DNA of 64,000 nucleotides from a virus (Duplodnaviria > Caudoviricetes): the IMG/VR virus record IMGVR_UViG_3300020577_006271, positions 64,001-128,000 of that record, one strand, 5' to 3'. The notes beneath the pieces were generated by a model. The model was given only the letters and a program-made list of their open reading frames with translations, made no database searches and was not told where the DNA came from. The translations under genes and the position numbers were made by a program. Every line of letters starts with the position of its first letter. Position 1 is the first letter of the stretch. Positions 37,596 to 46,732 of this stretch are shown here, one piece after another.

Positions 37596-39434
37596 TTAAA
37601 TATTTATCGTTTTTCCTTTGATATCTCTATCAGGAAATTTAATTTCGAAAATTGATGGATCTAACGACGGATAAACAACTCCGTCGCGTGTTGCTGTTTT
37701 GATATCATAAATAACATCAGAATATCCTTTAGATATATCGTTTAAATTATAGATATCAATTTTCGAAACAGTTTGCACACCATCTATTTTGTCTAATTCT
37801 GTATATAATTTCGATAGTATTATAGGTTCATTGATTTGCAGTGTATCTTGCGACAATAATTCTTTTAGTCGCGCTATACATCTAAGAATTATTTCATTTG
37901 AATTATACGATGGACGGCAAATAATCTCAAAATCAATTCCAATATTAATAATATACGGATCCATAATCTCAATTGCATCAGTTAACAATCTATAATTAGA
38001 AAGGTATTTTGCAATGTTGTTTTTCAATGCTGGATTGGCATAATTAAAGGTTCCATCATCAGCAGACGATAATATATATAAATTTAATATATTCGTGTTC
38101 TTAAAATTATTTTCAATATAACATTTAGCTATTGAACCATATTTAGAAGGCATTGAATATATACGAAGAATATAATCCGCCTTAGTTACCGCCCGATTTT
38201 GTGCAGCAAATGTAGCTATAGCTTCATTCTTGATTAAATCTAAATTTTTATAATTTTGACCACCAAATGCTGGGTATTCATTGTTTATTTTTATACCCCT
38301 ATCTATAGAATTTAATAATTCATCCACCGTTGCTGGGTTTAACCCACTAATCATGGAATATATTTCCATATTGTCGATAATCGTCAATGAATCGGCAGGA
38401 ATATTATCCGTAATTCCGTCAGAAACCAAATATTTTACAGTCAATGTAGTATTTGATGGAGCTGATCCGTAGGTTTTCGTGTTAATAAAATTAACTGGAT
38501 CCAACATCGTCTCCGAAAAACGTCTATAGTAATCAATACCCAGTCCAACATTAAAGGGATTAGGTACTATTTCTTCATCTGACTCCAACCCAAGACCTGA
38601 TCCAAATTGTATCTCTAATTTATTGTCTTTTCTGACTCTAGTTATATACCGTCGATCAGTTTTAAGATAGGTTAACAAATATGGCACTGAATCTTTATAT
38701 TGATGTAGTGTAGATGAAGCATATTCGTCATTAAGTTTATCAGATGGAACTAAATCTTGGGACAAATAATCAACTTCATACCATGATTCATTATCAGAAT
38801 CAATGACTGATATAATTCTAGATACATTAATATCATCTAAGACTATTTTATCGTACCGTTTCGGAGATTCGAAATCAAAAGTTGCTGTTCGTATTTCCCC
38901 AGCTATAGCTCTGACTTTTTTTGATAATACAAAATAAGTTATTTCTCCGGTATTAGATATTTCATACACGGATATTTCTGTTGGATCAGCTGTATTGTTA
39001 ACCGAAAAATTTAATGAATCTATTGTATAAAATTTTCTACCGTCTTTAGTTGACAATTGCATTCCAGATTTAATATGAAAGGCATAATCCATATTTGGTT
39101 TATATGTGTTATCTTCGAATATAGCAGGAACTAATTGTAAGACGGTTACAATACATTGTGCGGGTACAACATTTGTTGGTTTATATCCATAATTCTGTGC
39201 AAGATTAAATATATTCTTACGTTCACTTGCTAAATTTATAAAAGATTCTTGTAACTGGTGGTCACCATATATGGACAAAACATCCCCCACGAATGCAGCC
39301 ATTTCGACAAACATTAAGGCAGGAGAAGACTCGTTAAAATCCTTATAAGTATCTGGAAAATAATTCTTCGCATAATTTATTAATGCTTCCCTGAATTGTC
39401 CAAAATCTTTATTTAAATATTTGACCTTACTCAT
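37596..39434 (-). CDS. Baseplate wedge subunit (T4 gp6 / baseplate J-like)
   Basis: YLNKDF...YFPDTYKDFNESS, IQFGSG, AQNRAVTKADY. Confidence 0.9.
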   Translation of the reverse strand: MSKVKYLNKDFGQFREALINYAKNYFPDTYKDFNESSPALMFVEMAAFVGDVLSIYGDHQLQESFINLASERKNIFNLAQNYGYKPTNVVPAQCIVTVLQLVPAIFEDNTYKPNMDYAFHIKSGMQLSTKDGRKFYTIDSLNFSVNNTADPTEISVYEISNTGEITYFVLSKKVRAIAGEIRTATFDFESPKRYDKIVLDDINVSRIISVIDSDNESWYEVDYLSQDLVPSDKLNDEYASSTLHQYKDSVPYLLTYLKTDRRYITRVRKDNKLEIQFGSGLGLESDEEIVPNPFNVGLGIDYYRRFSETMLDPVNFINTKTYGSAPSNTTLTVKYLVSDGITDNIPADSLTIIDNMEIYSMISGLNPATVDELLNSIDRGIKINNEYPAFGGQNYKNLDLIKNEAIATFAAQNRAVTKADYILRIYSMPSKYGSIAKCYIENNFKNTNILNLYILSSADDGTFNYANPALKNNIAKYLSNYRLLTDAIEIMDPYIINIGIDFEIICRPSYNSNEIILRCIARLKELLSQDTLQINEPIILSKLYTELDKIDGVQTVSKIDIYNLNDISKGYSDVIYDIKTATRDGVVYPSLDPSIFEIKFPDRDIKGKTINI

Positions 39435-39867
39435 TTATAAATCCCGGCTTGTCATTGTTATTAAAGATTGTCAATATTTTATTCGCCCCGTATTCCGATG
39501 TTGAATATTCAATTCGAATGCCAATTGAATTAACCAAATCGTTAACAACATTAGATATTGAAATTTCGTATATTGTTATATATGGTAACCATTGTGACGC
39601 TTGGGTTCTTATGACTGTATCTATCTCTGAGATTAGTTCAGTTGTGTTATTTTCGAATAAATAGTATTGTAATCCAATACCGAACTCAGGCTGCATATAA
39701 CGTTCGCCTTGTTTAGTTAATAACAAATTGACGAAATTAGAGATAGATTGTTCTTCTGTCGTGAATGACATATTGAAGACACCTCGACCATTTTTAGAAT
39801 TCATAGGCAATTTTATTCCTATTAAACCGCGGGTTTTATCTTCTGGATATGATTTGAAATTTACCAT
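39427..39867 (-). CDS. Baseplate wedge subunit gp25-like (intact copy)
   Basis: NLLLTKQGERYMQPEFG...LFE...WLPYI; start moved to ATG 39867 because the ORF track uses a TTG upstream of the promoter motif. Confidence 0.9.
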   Translation of the reverse strand: MVNFKSYPEDKTRGLIGIKLPMNSKNGRGVFNMSFTTEEQSISNFVNLLLTKQGERYMQPEFGIGLQYYLFENNTTELISEIDTVIRTQASQWLPYITIYEISISNVVNDLVNSIGIRIEYSTSEYGANKILTIFNNNDKPGFINE

Positions 39868-39890
39868 AATATAATTAGTAAATACCAATC

Positions 39891-39922
39891 ATAAAAAAAG
39901 AGTAACTTTTGATTACTCTTAT
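39891..39922 (-). terminator. Intrinsic terminator, cassette B
   Basis: Near-identical to the 37056-37087 terminator. Confidence 0.8.
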
Positions 39923-39964
39923 ATTTGTTTAATTTTGAATGAATATGGTTCTTGGCGCCTTGAA

Positions 39965-40420
39965 TTAAACCATCCAAGATCTTGGCAGTGCAATATATTC
40001 GCCTAACTTCCAAGATCTTATGAATAGTTCATCTTTTCCTAACTCTTTAATTTTCTCAATATCAAATTGTTTAATTAATTCAGCTAATTCTACATCAAGA
40101 TCAAATATTTTTGTAAATTCCTGATGACTGCGTATTCTGGCAATTGCATCATCAACGGGTCTATTGAGATTTTCAAAGTTGCTTGCTATATTTTCGAGAT
40201 TACTGTCTATGTGTCTATCAAGAGCTTTCCACATTTTGCTGAAAGTTTCATTAGACTTATTTATCCCAGCTATAGCTAATTTCGTGATATTACTTCTTTG
40301 TTTTGCGCCACGATATTGACTTTTACCGATTGCTGATTGATATGTATCCGGACTTAATTCTGTTAGTCTAAGTTTTCTATCAACTATTGTTTCTATGATT
40401 TGTCTTAATTTTGTACTCAT
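39965..40420 (-). CDS. Cassette B gene with MSTKLRQIIETIVDRKLRLTE leader
   Basis: Leader shared with cassette A, unrelated downstream; ELSPDTY.SA follows the LTE site. Confidence 0.65.
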   Translation of the reverse strand: MSTKLRQIIETIVDRKLRLTELSPDTYQSAIGKSQYRGAKQRSNITKLAIAGINKSNETFSKMWKALDRHIDSNLENIASNFENLNRPVDDAIARIRSHQEFTKIFDLDVELAELIKQFDIEKIKELGKDELFIRSWKLGEYIALPRSWMV

Positions 40421-40511
40421 CTTGTTTTTTTTTGGTTATACAATTAATATCACAAATGTAAATGATTTGTATTAATAATTAGTTAGTTCTTGAAAATTTA
40501 ACATTTTTTTA

Positions 40512-40970
40512 TTATCTAACCGGCCTACCCTGCATCTTTTTGACTACATCACTGTAATCTCGAGTAACCGCTTCCATTATTGAATCAGGTAATTCATCTA
40601 CTTGATCGAGTATAGATTCGCCCATACCAATAGTATGCCCTTCGGATAGCGCTATATCATTTTTGATATTAATTTCATAAATAGTGATGTATGGCAACCA
40701 TATTGCAGCTTGAAGTCTAATGACAGTATCAATTTCTGATAATAATTCTACAGTATTCTGTTCAAACAAATACCAAGGGAGACCCACGCCGAATTCAGGC
40801 TGCATGAATCTTTCACCTTGTTTAGTCATCAATAAATTTACAAAGTTAGAAACCGATTGCTCTTCTGTATTGTATGACATATTGAAAAATTCACGTGATG
40901 TTTTGGAGTTCATTGGCAATTTAATACCAATTGTACCACCGAACCTATCTGCTGGATATGATTTATACAT
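40512..40970 (-). CDS. Second gp25-like copy with foreign C-terminus (chimeric)
   Basis: Close paralog of 39427-39867 up to HTIG, then 37 aa resembling the end of gene 40996-41340. Confidence 0.75.
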   Translation of the reverse strand: MYKSYPADRFGGTIGIKLPMNSKTSREFFNMSYNTEEQSVSNFVNLLMTKQGERFMQPEFGVGLPWYLFEQNTVELLSEIDTVIRLQAAIWLPYITIYEINIKNDIALSEGHTIGMGESILDQVDELPDSIMEAVTRDYSDVVKKMQGRPVR

Positions 40971-40995
40971 TATATTAAATAGTTTAGGCCTTTAA

Positions 40996-41340
40996 CTATT
41001 TAACTGGAATCTTTGCCATGCTTTTAATTAAGTTAGAATAATCCTTAGTAAATGCATTATTTAAAGATTTCACAATCTTTTGTTCTGCTGGCGTAGCATC
41101 TTCATTAATTGTAATTAGTTCATTTTCTGCAGCCTGATGCTTATTAAGTTGGTCATGATCAACTATAGAATTAAGCCACTCTAATGTATTTTCTTTTTTA
41201 ATTGGGATTGGTGTTGGACTGACTGATTTTATGGGTGGCGTATTTACTTTTCTAATCTCTTTAATAAGAAATGGTATATAACGTTTAAATTCCGCTTGCA
41301 CCACTGTTTGTATCATTGATTTCAAATCTTCAGGTGTCAT
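40996..41340 (-). CDS. Hypothetical protein
   Basis: C-terminal AFTKDYSNLIK motif; between hub and gp25. Confidence 0.6.
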   Translation of the reverse strand: MTPEDLKSMIQTVVQAEFKRYIPFLIKEIRKVNTPPIKSVSPTPIPIKKENTLEWLNSIVDHDQLNKHQAAENELITINEDATPAEQKIVKSLNNAFTKDYSNLIKSMAKIPVK

Positions 41341-41342
41341 AA

Positions 41343-42419
41343 TTATGGTTTTTTAAATTTAGTTGTAAAAGTTGTTTTGTGTAATTTAGTCACATCGGCA
41401 ACATTTGTTGCAGTTGATGTAGGTCCCATAGACGTTAAAAATTGTTTAGATCCGGTTGCCCATTGCCATAGTATTTTTGCCATGTCATCAATATAATCCA
41501 TTAGGTCATCGACCTGAACTTTATATTTGTTAGTTTGAAATAGAACTTTTTCTGATGTTAACATCGCTTCTTCTTTAGCAATTAACATTAATTTGTTGCT
41601 TTTCGCATTTAGTATGACTCGATCTGCATTTAACACTATTTGTGATCCATTATTCCAAGTAGCTGCTGTTTTAGCGTCCGTATTTTTCATGAATCCAGCC
41701 TTAAACTTTTGCAGTTTTTGCGTACTGGTCAGATATATGGACGATTCGTCTTTCGCCAGGTCTTCTATAGTGTACTTATTAGTAAATGATTTAGATATCG
41801 ATAATGCTGAGTCTAGTCGGTTTGCCGAATCAGTTGGTTTAATAACTCTAACGATTATCAATGGATCTCCATTAGCTTTACCGGCCCAGTTTGGTGCTTT
41901 ATCATAAACAGATTTATCAGATTCAATTGATGTACCAAATCTAATAGATTGTCCAAATCTACCTTCGAAAATTTGGTCGCCTTCGAAGGGTTGAATATTA
42001 TAAGTTTGTTTAATATCTTTTGATTTCACATAATTATAACCAATTTCTTTTTTATCTGCTTTAACCGTTGGAACTTTAGAATCATAATGATTAGATCGTT
42101 CCCATAATTTTGGAAATTGGTGTAGTGATGCATCATCGGTAGAATTATACGGATCTATGTACATATAACCAGACGATGTTACTGAAGAAGCACTACGATC
42201 ATGAACTGGTACTTGACATACCATAACATGTTCGCCTATAAATGGAATTCTGCGGCTGAAGCCAGCGGGACGTGCATAAAAGTTTTTAACTTGTCCTGAT
42301 GTTGAGTTTGAATTCTGTCTAACTAGAATAGATCCTAATGGAAGTATATTTCCTTTATCATCTTTTTGACCAGCTTTAAAAGCGGTTTTTGTTTCTATGA
42401 CTTCGCAAGAAAAATACAT
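41343..42419 (-). CDS. Baseplate hub / gp5-like spike protein
   Basis: P.IGEHV, PFEGDQIFEGRFGQSIRFG, SSIYLTS, QIVLNADRVILNAK. Confidence 0.7.
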   Translation of the reverse strand: MYFSCEVIETKTAFKAGQKDDKGNILPLGSILVRQNSNSTSGQVKNFYARPAGFSRRIPFIGEHVMVCQVPVHDRSASSVTSSGYMYIDPYNSTDDASLHQFPKLWERSNHYDSKVPTVKADKKEIGYNYVKSKDIKQTYNIQPFEGDQIFEGRFGQSIRFGTSIESDKSVYDKAPNWAGKANGDPLIIVRVIKPTDSANRLDSALSISKSFTNKYTIEDLAKDESSIYLTSTQKLQKFKAGFMKNTDAKTAATWNNGSQIVLNADRVILNAKSNKLMLIAKEEAMLTSEKVLFQTNKYKVQVDDLMDYIDDMAKILWQWATGSKQFLTSMGPTSTATNVADVTKLHKTTFTTKFKKP

Positions 42420-42751
42420 TATATACCTTCATTAGTTTTAAATGAACTAAGTAATTCTACCAGTTCATTATGTGGGACATCAGTGTCTAATTTAGAATCT
42501 GGCGATTTAGGAACTTCAATAGTTCTTTGGATAATTTTAGTTAACTCGATTAATAGCTGAGTGTTTCTGATCTTATTCCCTAACATGGCTCCAATCATTG
42601 GTGCTAAGACAGCCGCATCAGACGCATCCTTGACTAATACTGTTAATTGTTCAATAATATCAGAAATTTCCGATGCATTTATTGATTGTGCAGCATAAAT
42701 TTCTTCATATAAATTTTCAATTGTTTTTCCTTTAAAGATCTGCTTTTTCAT
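42419..42751 (-). CDS. Hypothetical helical protein
   Basis: ORF overlapping the 3' end of the sigma gene. Confidence 0.55.
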   Translation of the reverse strand: MKKQIFKGKTIENLYEEIYAAQSINASEISDIIEQLTVLVKDASDAAVLAPMIGAMLGNKIRNTQLLIELTKIIQRTIEVPKSPDSKLDTDVPHNELVELLSSFKTNEGI

Positions 42752-43442
42752 ATTCTCCTGTCAATTGAAACGTTTTTAAGTTTTCCAAATAATGTTGTTT
42801 TAAAACTGACATTATTTTTGTGATCGGTTGTGTTTTGTTTTCGAGACCAGTTTGTTCTCTTAAATAAATATAAAATAGCTTTTTATTATCTATATCCAAT
42901 CCGGAATTAAATATATTTACAAAAGATGCGGCTATTGCCCGTTCACGTTTTGATTTAAATAGACAATCTATCTTGTTTTCTAAATCATTTATCCAAGATC
43001 TATTAAATTCAATCTTATCATCAACGTAATCTCCACCAGTGACTTCAACCATAATATTTCTATTAGGATCAACCAAATCTAAATTACCCACTTCAATTTG
43101 TGACTTCATTAAATCCTTCGACCGTTTAAATAAATAGTTTCTGGCCACAATTGTAAAATAACTAAAGGCTTTCGATCCAGTTTCTGGCCTATATTTACCC
43201 AATTGTTCAAATAGATATGTGACTGTATCAGCTTTTAGATCTGCATAGTTACTTTCATAATTATAAAATTTCCATTTATGAATTATGTTCTCAACCAATT
43301 TATTAAGGGCTGGATAGATGATTCGATAAAATATAATATCTCGGTGTTGTTTGTCATCGCTGTTATTAAATTCTAAAATTGCATCGTTTACTTCTTGGTC
43401 AAAATAGTTTTTTCCTTTACCCGGTTTTCTTCCTCGTGGCAT
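42732..43442 (-). CDS. Late-transcription sigma factor (gp55-like)
   Basis: NYF..E...AI, KLVENII, KY...GSKAFSYFTIVARNYL sigma region-2 pattern. Confidence 0.7.
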   Translation of the reverse strand: MPRGRKPGKGKNYFDQEVNDAILEFNNSDDKQHRDIIFYRIIYPALNKLVENIIHKWKFYNYESNYADLKADTVTYLFEQLGKYRPETGSKAFSYFTIVARNYLFKRSKDLMKSQIEVGNLDLVDPNRNIMVEVTGGDYVDDKIEFNRSWINDLENKIDCLFKSKRERAIAASFVNIFNSGLDIDNKKLFYIYLREQTGLENKTQPITKIMSVLKQHYLENLKTFQLTGEYEKADL

Positions 43443-43454
43443 GTAGTTTAGTAG

Positions 43455-43739
43455 TTAGTCTTGTATAGTTATTTTAAATAGGTTTTCTACCTGTGTGTGT
43501 AAATCTACATATAATTTCCAGGCAATTCCAACCTGGTCTTCACTTTTAAATGATCCCTTTTTATCGATGGCTATAATATTACTGTAGATAGAGTTGAATA
43601 TTTTATAGAATTCAACATATTCTTGCTTCATTCTAAATTCGCCTTCAATAATTAATTTCTCTGCTTGGCGTAGTTTCCTATATAAATTTATTATCACATA
43701 AAATGATAGTAATAGAATAAACAATAGTAAATAAATCAT
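43455..43739 (-). CDS. Small membrane protein
   Basis: N-terminal TM helix; D.KGSFKSEDQVG motif. Confidence 0.55.
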   Translation of the reverse strand: MIYLLLFILLLSFYVIINLYRKLRQAEKLIIEGEFRMKQEYVEFYKIFNSIYSNIIAIDKKGSFKSEDQVGIAWKLYVDLHTQVENLFKITIQD

Positions 43740-44503
43740 AGATTGTCGAAATTTAACGGAGTAGTTTCTTTAGTAATTGGATTGTCAATGGTGTTTTTTA
43801 TTTTTCGTAAGTTTTCCCATTCTGGAAGTGATGATAGATTAAATTTACCTGTTGCTTGAGCCCATCTTTCAAATTCAAATCTACTGGCCATCATATCTGC
43901 GTGATGCATAATTATTGGCAACGTTGATTTCATTTTAGAATCAATATTAAATCCTGTATAATAGGACTTGTTGGCGTCATCATATACACCGTCGTGTATT
44001 TTGATAGTTAGATATTCATTAAGTGACATATCTATGCCGTAACGATGTAATATATACATGGTAGTGTCTGATATAGTTACATGTGGTAGGTTGCCATTAT
44101 TTTCATATAATTTTCCTTGATTTTTAACATGCCAGTCACTCTTATTAAGAATATATTTATCTAAATTATCTCCAGGTAAACCTAGTTTCCCTAAATCATG
44201 ATTTAAAGCTGAGAATATTAACTCTTCTTCGGTAAAATTATCTAAATACATTCCAGCCATTTTCCATAATTTGTAAGTTGCCTTAGCAAATTTAACCACC
44301 CTAAGAATATGATCACAATATCCACCTGGAAAGGCATTATGGAAATAATCATAACTACTTGCTGGAGCTGTTTTAAGCCTGACTGAATAATCATCGTATA
44401 ATTTGTTCAATCTAGCAGTACGTTCTCCAGTAAATTGGGTATTGATTATATCCCTGAATTCATTATAGTTTGACCTGACTTGATCTATGGTTAAAATATC
44501 CAT
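43736..44503 (-). CDS. HD-domain phosphohydrolase
   Basis: APAS..FHNAFPGGYCDH, LNHDLGK, HDG, HHADMMAS. Confidence 0.85.
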   Translation of the reverse strand: MDILTIDQVRSNYNEFRDIINTQFTGERTARLNKLYDDYSVRLKTAPASSYDYFHNAFPGGYCDHILRVVKFAKATYKLWKMAGMYLDNFTEEELIFSALNHDLGKLGLPGDNLDKYILNKSDWHVKNQGKLYENNGNLPHVTISDTTMYILHRYGIDMSLNEYLTIKIHDGVYDDANKSYYTGFNIDSKMKSTLPIIMHHADMMASRFEFERWAQATGKFNLSSLPEWENLRKIKNTIDNPITKETTPLNFDNL

Positions 44504-44544
44504 TATTGTTTTATATTATTTAAATTAAATGTAAGTAAATTATT

Positions 44545-45618
44545 TCACTTAACCAAATTTTTGAACTTATTTTTTAAAATTATTTTATCAGACAATTCTT
44601 GCGACTGATTTATTTTTCTTTCTGGAAGTTTAAAGTCTTCAATTAATTGATCTATGGTTTTAGTTTCTTCTAGATTATTAGGTAGAGTTTCAGCAACATT
44701 ATCTGTTTCCATTGGCATAATATTTTCTTCTGTTGGTGTAATTTGTATTTCAGACTCTTCATTAGATGGCTCGACATGTGTTATTATTGAGTCTGTACTT
44801 AAATTTCTTTGATTAATTTTTAAGATTTCAATTCCTAAAATTAATAATGCTATAGCTAATGGATCAAAGACAAACACGATAATCAATATTAAATAGTTGA
44901 CAATAATATCAATATCCTGATTAGATATTTTTGCAATATACTTTAAAGGTCCTATATCTGCTACTGAATTTGAGTTTAGGCTCAAAGCATGTTTATTATT
45001 GCTAATTTTTTGTATTGAGTCATTAATAACACTTATTTTTGAATCAATATCATTAATCTTTTCATTATATTTAACTATTTGATTATTAATTATTTGCTGA
45101 GATTTTAAATCATTTTTAATAATTAATTGTCCTGTCTTTTTATCAACTGTTTGATTAACTGTATTAATATTTTTAGTTAAATTTTCTAAATTTTTTATTA
45201 TTCCATTTTTTTCATTTTCTTTAGAATCAATAATTTTTTGATAAGATTCAAGTTTTTTATCAAAGATTAAAATTTCAGATTCATATATACTGTTTTTTAC
45301 ATACACATTTTGATATGCTGCTGATAAGAAACCATATATTCCCATTGAAGTAATCAGCATCAGTATTATTGTTGCTGGAACTAAGTAAATTCTTAATTTT
45401 AATGTTATGTCCTTCCAGAAAACCTTTAATGTTGCTGTTATAACCAATTTTGCCAATTCCAAAGTGGATGCCATTATGATAACAGCTATAGCAGCACCTG
45501 AAAACAGTTTGCTTAAACCAATTATAGAATAAAATGCAGCAGTAATACTGACTATAATTCCTATTAATATTATTAATATTCCATAATTTTTATAATTTAT
45601 TTTATATTTTTCTTTCAT
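44545..45618 (-). CDS. Multi-pass membrane protein with coiled coil
   Basis: Three N-terminal TMs, ITSMGIYGFLS, GPLKYIA, IVFVFDPLAI. Confidence 0.75.
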   Translation of the reverse strand: MKEKYKINYKNYGILIILIGIIVSITAAFYSIIGLSKLFSGAAIAVIIMASTLELAKLVITATLKVFWKDITLKLRIYLVPATIILMLITSMGIYGFLSAAYQNVYVKNSIYESEILIFDKKLESYQKIIDSKENEKNGIIKNLENLTKNINTVNQTVDKKTGQLIIKNDLKSQQIINNQIVKYNEKINDIDSKISVINDSIQKISNNKHALSLNSNSVADIGPLKYIAKISNQDIDIIVNYLILIIVFVFDPLAIALLILGIEILKINQRNLSTDSIITHVEPSNEESEIQITPTEENIMPMETDNVAETLPNNLEETKTIDQLIEDFKLPERKINQSQELSDKIILKNKFKNLVK

Positions 45619-45656
45619 TTTTATAATTTATTTTTATAATTTATTTTTATAATTTA
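45618..45656. repeat. AT-only 13-bp tandem repeat x3
   Basis: TTTTTATAATTTA at 45618, 45631 and 45644; another exact copy at 45587. Confidence 0.85.
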
Positions 45657-45691
45657 TTTTATTAAATTTAAACTATATTTTCAGTCATTGT

Positions 45692-45727
45692 TGAAGTTAC
45701 AACTTTTTTTTCACATTTCCAAATTTT
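45692..45727 (-). promoter_or_regulatory. Bacteroidota-type early/middle promoter
   Basis: AAAATTTGGAAATGTGAAAAAAAAGTTGTAACTTC, TTTG-N20-TA; upstream half matches the promoter at 59316. Confidence 0.6.
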
Positions 45728-45848
45728 TTCGAATTTATTTTTGAAAATATTTAAAAAATCTAACAGAATGATAGATCTATTAGAAGATATCTATTAATAT
45801 ATGATTTAATTTAGATAATATCTATTGTCAGATGATAAGTAAAATCAT

Positions 45849-45872
45849 AAAAAAAGCCTTATAATAAGGCTT
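45849..45872 (-). terminator. Intrinsic terminator
   Basis: AAGCCTTAT-A-ATAAGGCTT inverted repeat with minus-strand T-run, just after gene 45889-46203. Confidence 0.8.
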
Positions 45873-45888
45873 AATTTTAGACAAAGAT

Positions 45889-46203
45889 TTAAATTCCTAA
45901 TTTTTCCCGTTTCCGCTGATTGTTATATGCAGTTTCAATAGTTTCTGCCAGTCTTAAATATTCAGGTCCGGTTAGTTCAATCCCATCTTTCCATTCATAA
46001 TTTAATTTAGTATTAATACCACTTGGTTTGTTTTCGAAATATAATTCTTTTAATTCCTTAGAAGAAATCATAAATGTATTTTTACCAATAGTCAGTTTAC
46101 CTTTGCCGTTTAAATCAACGTATTCAATTGTATGAAACAATGGTCCAAAATGCTGAGTTTTCTTTGGATTAATAGCATAGTTAAGATTAACACTCATTTT
46201 CAA
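45889..46203 (-). CDS. Hypothetical protein
   Basis: ORF followed by a terminator. Confidence 0.55.
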   Translation of the reverse strand: MKMSVNLNYAINPKKTQHFGPLFHTIEYVDLNGKGKLTIGKNTFMISSKELKELYFENKPSGINTKLNYEWKDGIELTGPEYLRLAETIETAYNNQRKREKLGI

Positions 46204-46732
46204 TGATTATTTTGATGTAATTTAATGATTTATTAAAATTGATAGAAAAATTCAAATTATAATGTTTTAAATGATCTATCAGTTCTGTATAGTTTTGTGA
46301 TTCTTTAATCAATATAATTAGTTTTCCAGAATTTGTAAATTTAATTAATTTAGGTATTAATATCGTATAAGGCTCATTAAATTTTTCATAATCTGAATCG
46401 ATGAATATTGTATAATCGTGATTGATGTTGATAATTTCATCTTGATTTAACAAACATTCGTTATATGCAGGATATTTTTGTTTAGCTAAATCGTTATATC
46501 CCGTCTCCCTTGAGTTTATACCATGGTAGTTAATACTTTTATTATTAACCACACAAAAGTGCTTTAAATCTAACCTTAGGCAGTTTAAATCTAATAATTT
46601 ACAGTTATCAACATTAACCAATGCAAATTTATATAATGAATCCATAGCAAAATTAGATTCAAACCCAATATATTGTGAATCTGATAATTGATAGTCTGTT
46701 AATTTTACGCTAAACTCTGAAAGTCTTTTCAT
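46187..46732 (-). CDS. Hypothetical protein (possibly degenerate methyltransferase fold)
   Basis: KLLDLNC...YHGIN weakly recalls SAM motifs I/II but lacks the glycines. Confidence 0.45.
   Translation of the reverse strand: MKRLSEFSVKLTDYQLSDSQYIGFESNFAMDSLYKFALVNVDNCKLLDLNCLRLDLKHFCVVNNKSINYHGINSRETGYNDLAKQKYPAYNECLLNQDEIININHDYTIFIDSDYEKFNEPYTILIPKLIKFTNSGKLIILIKESQNYTELIDHLKHYNLNFSINFNKSLNYIKIIIENEC

Noticed and set aside
45587-45660. CRISPR array
   Set aside because: 13-bp AT-only units in direct tandem with no spacers.
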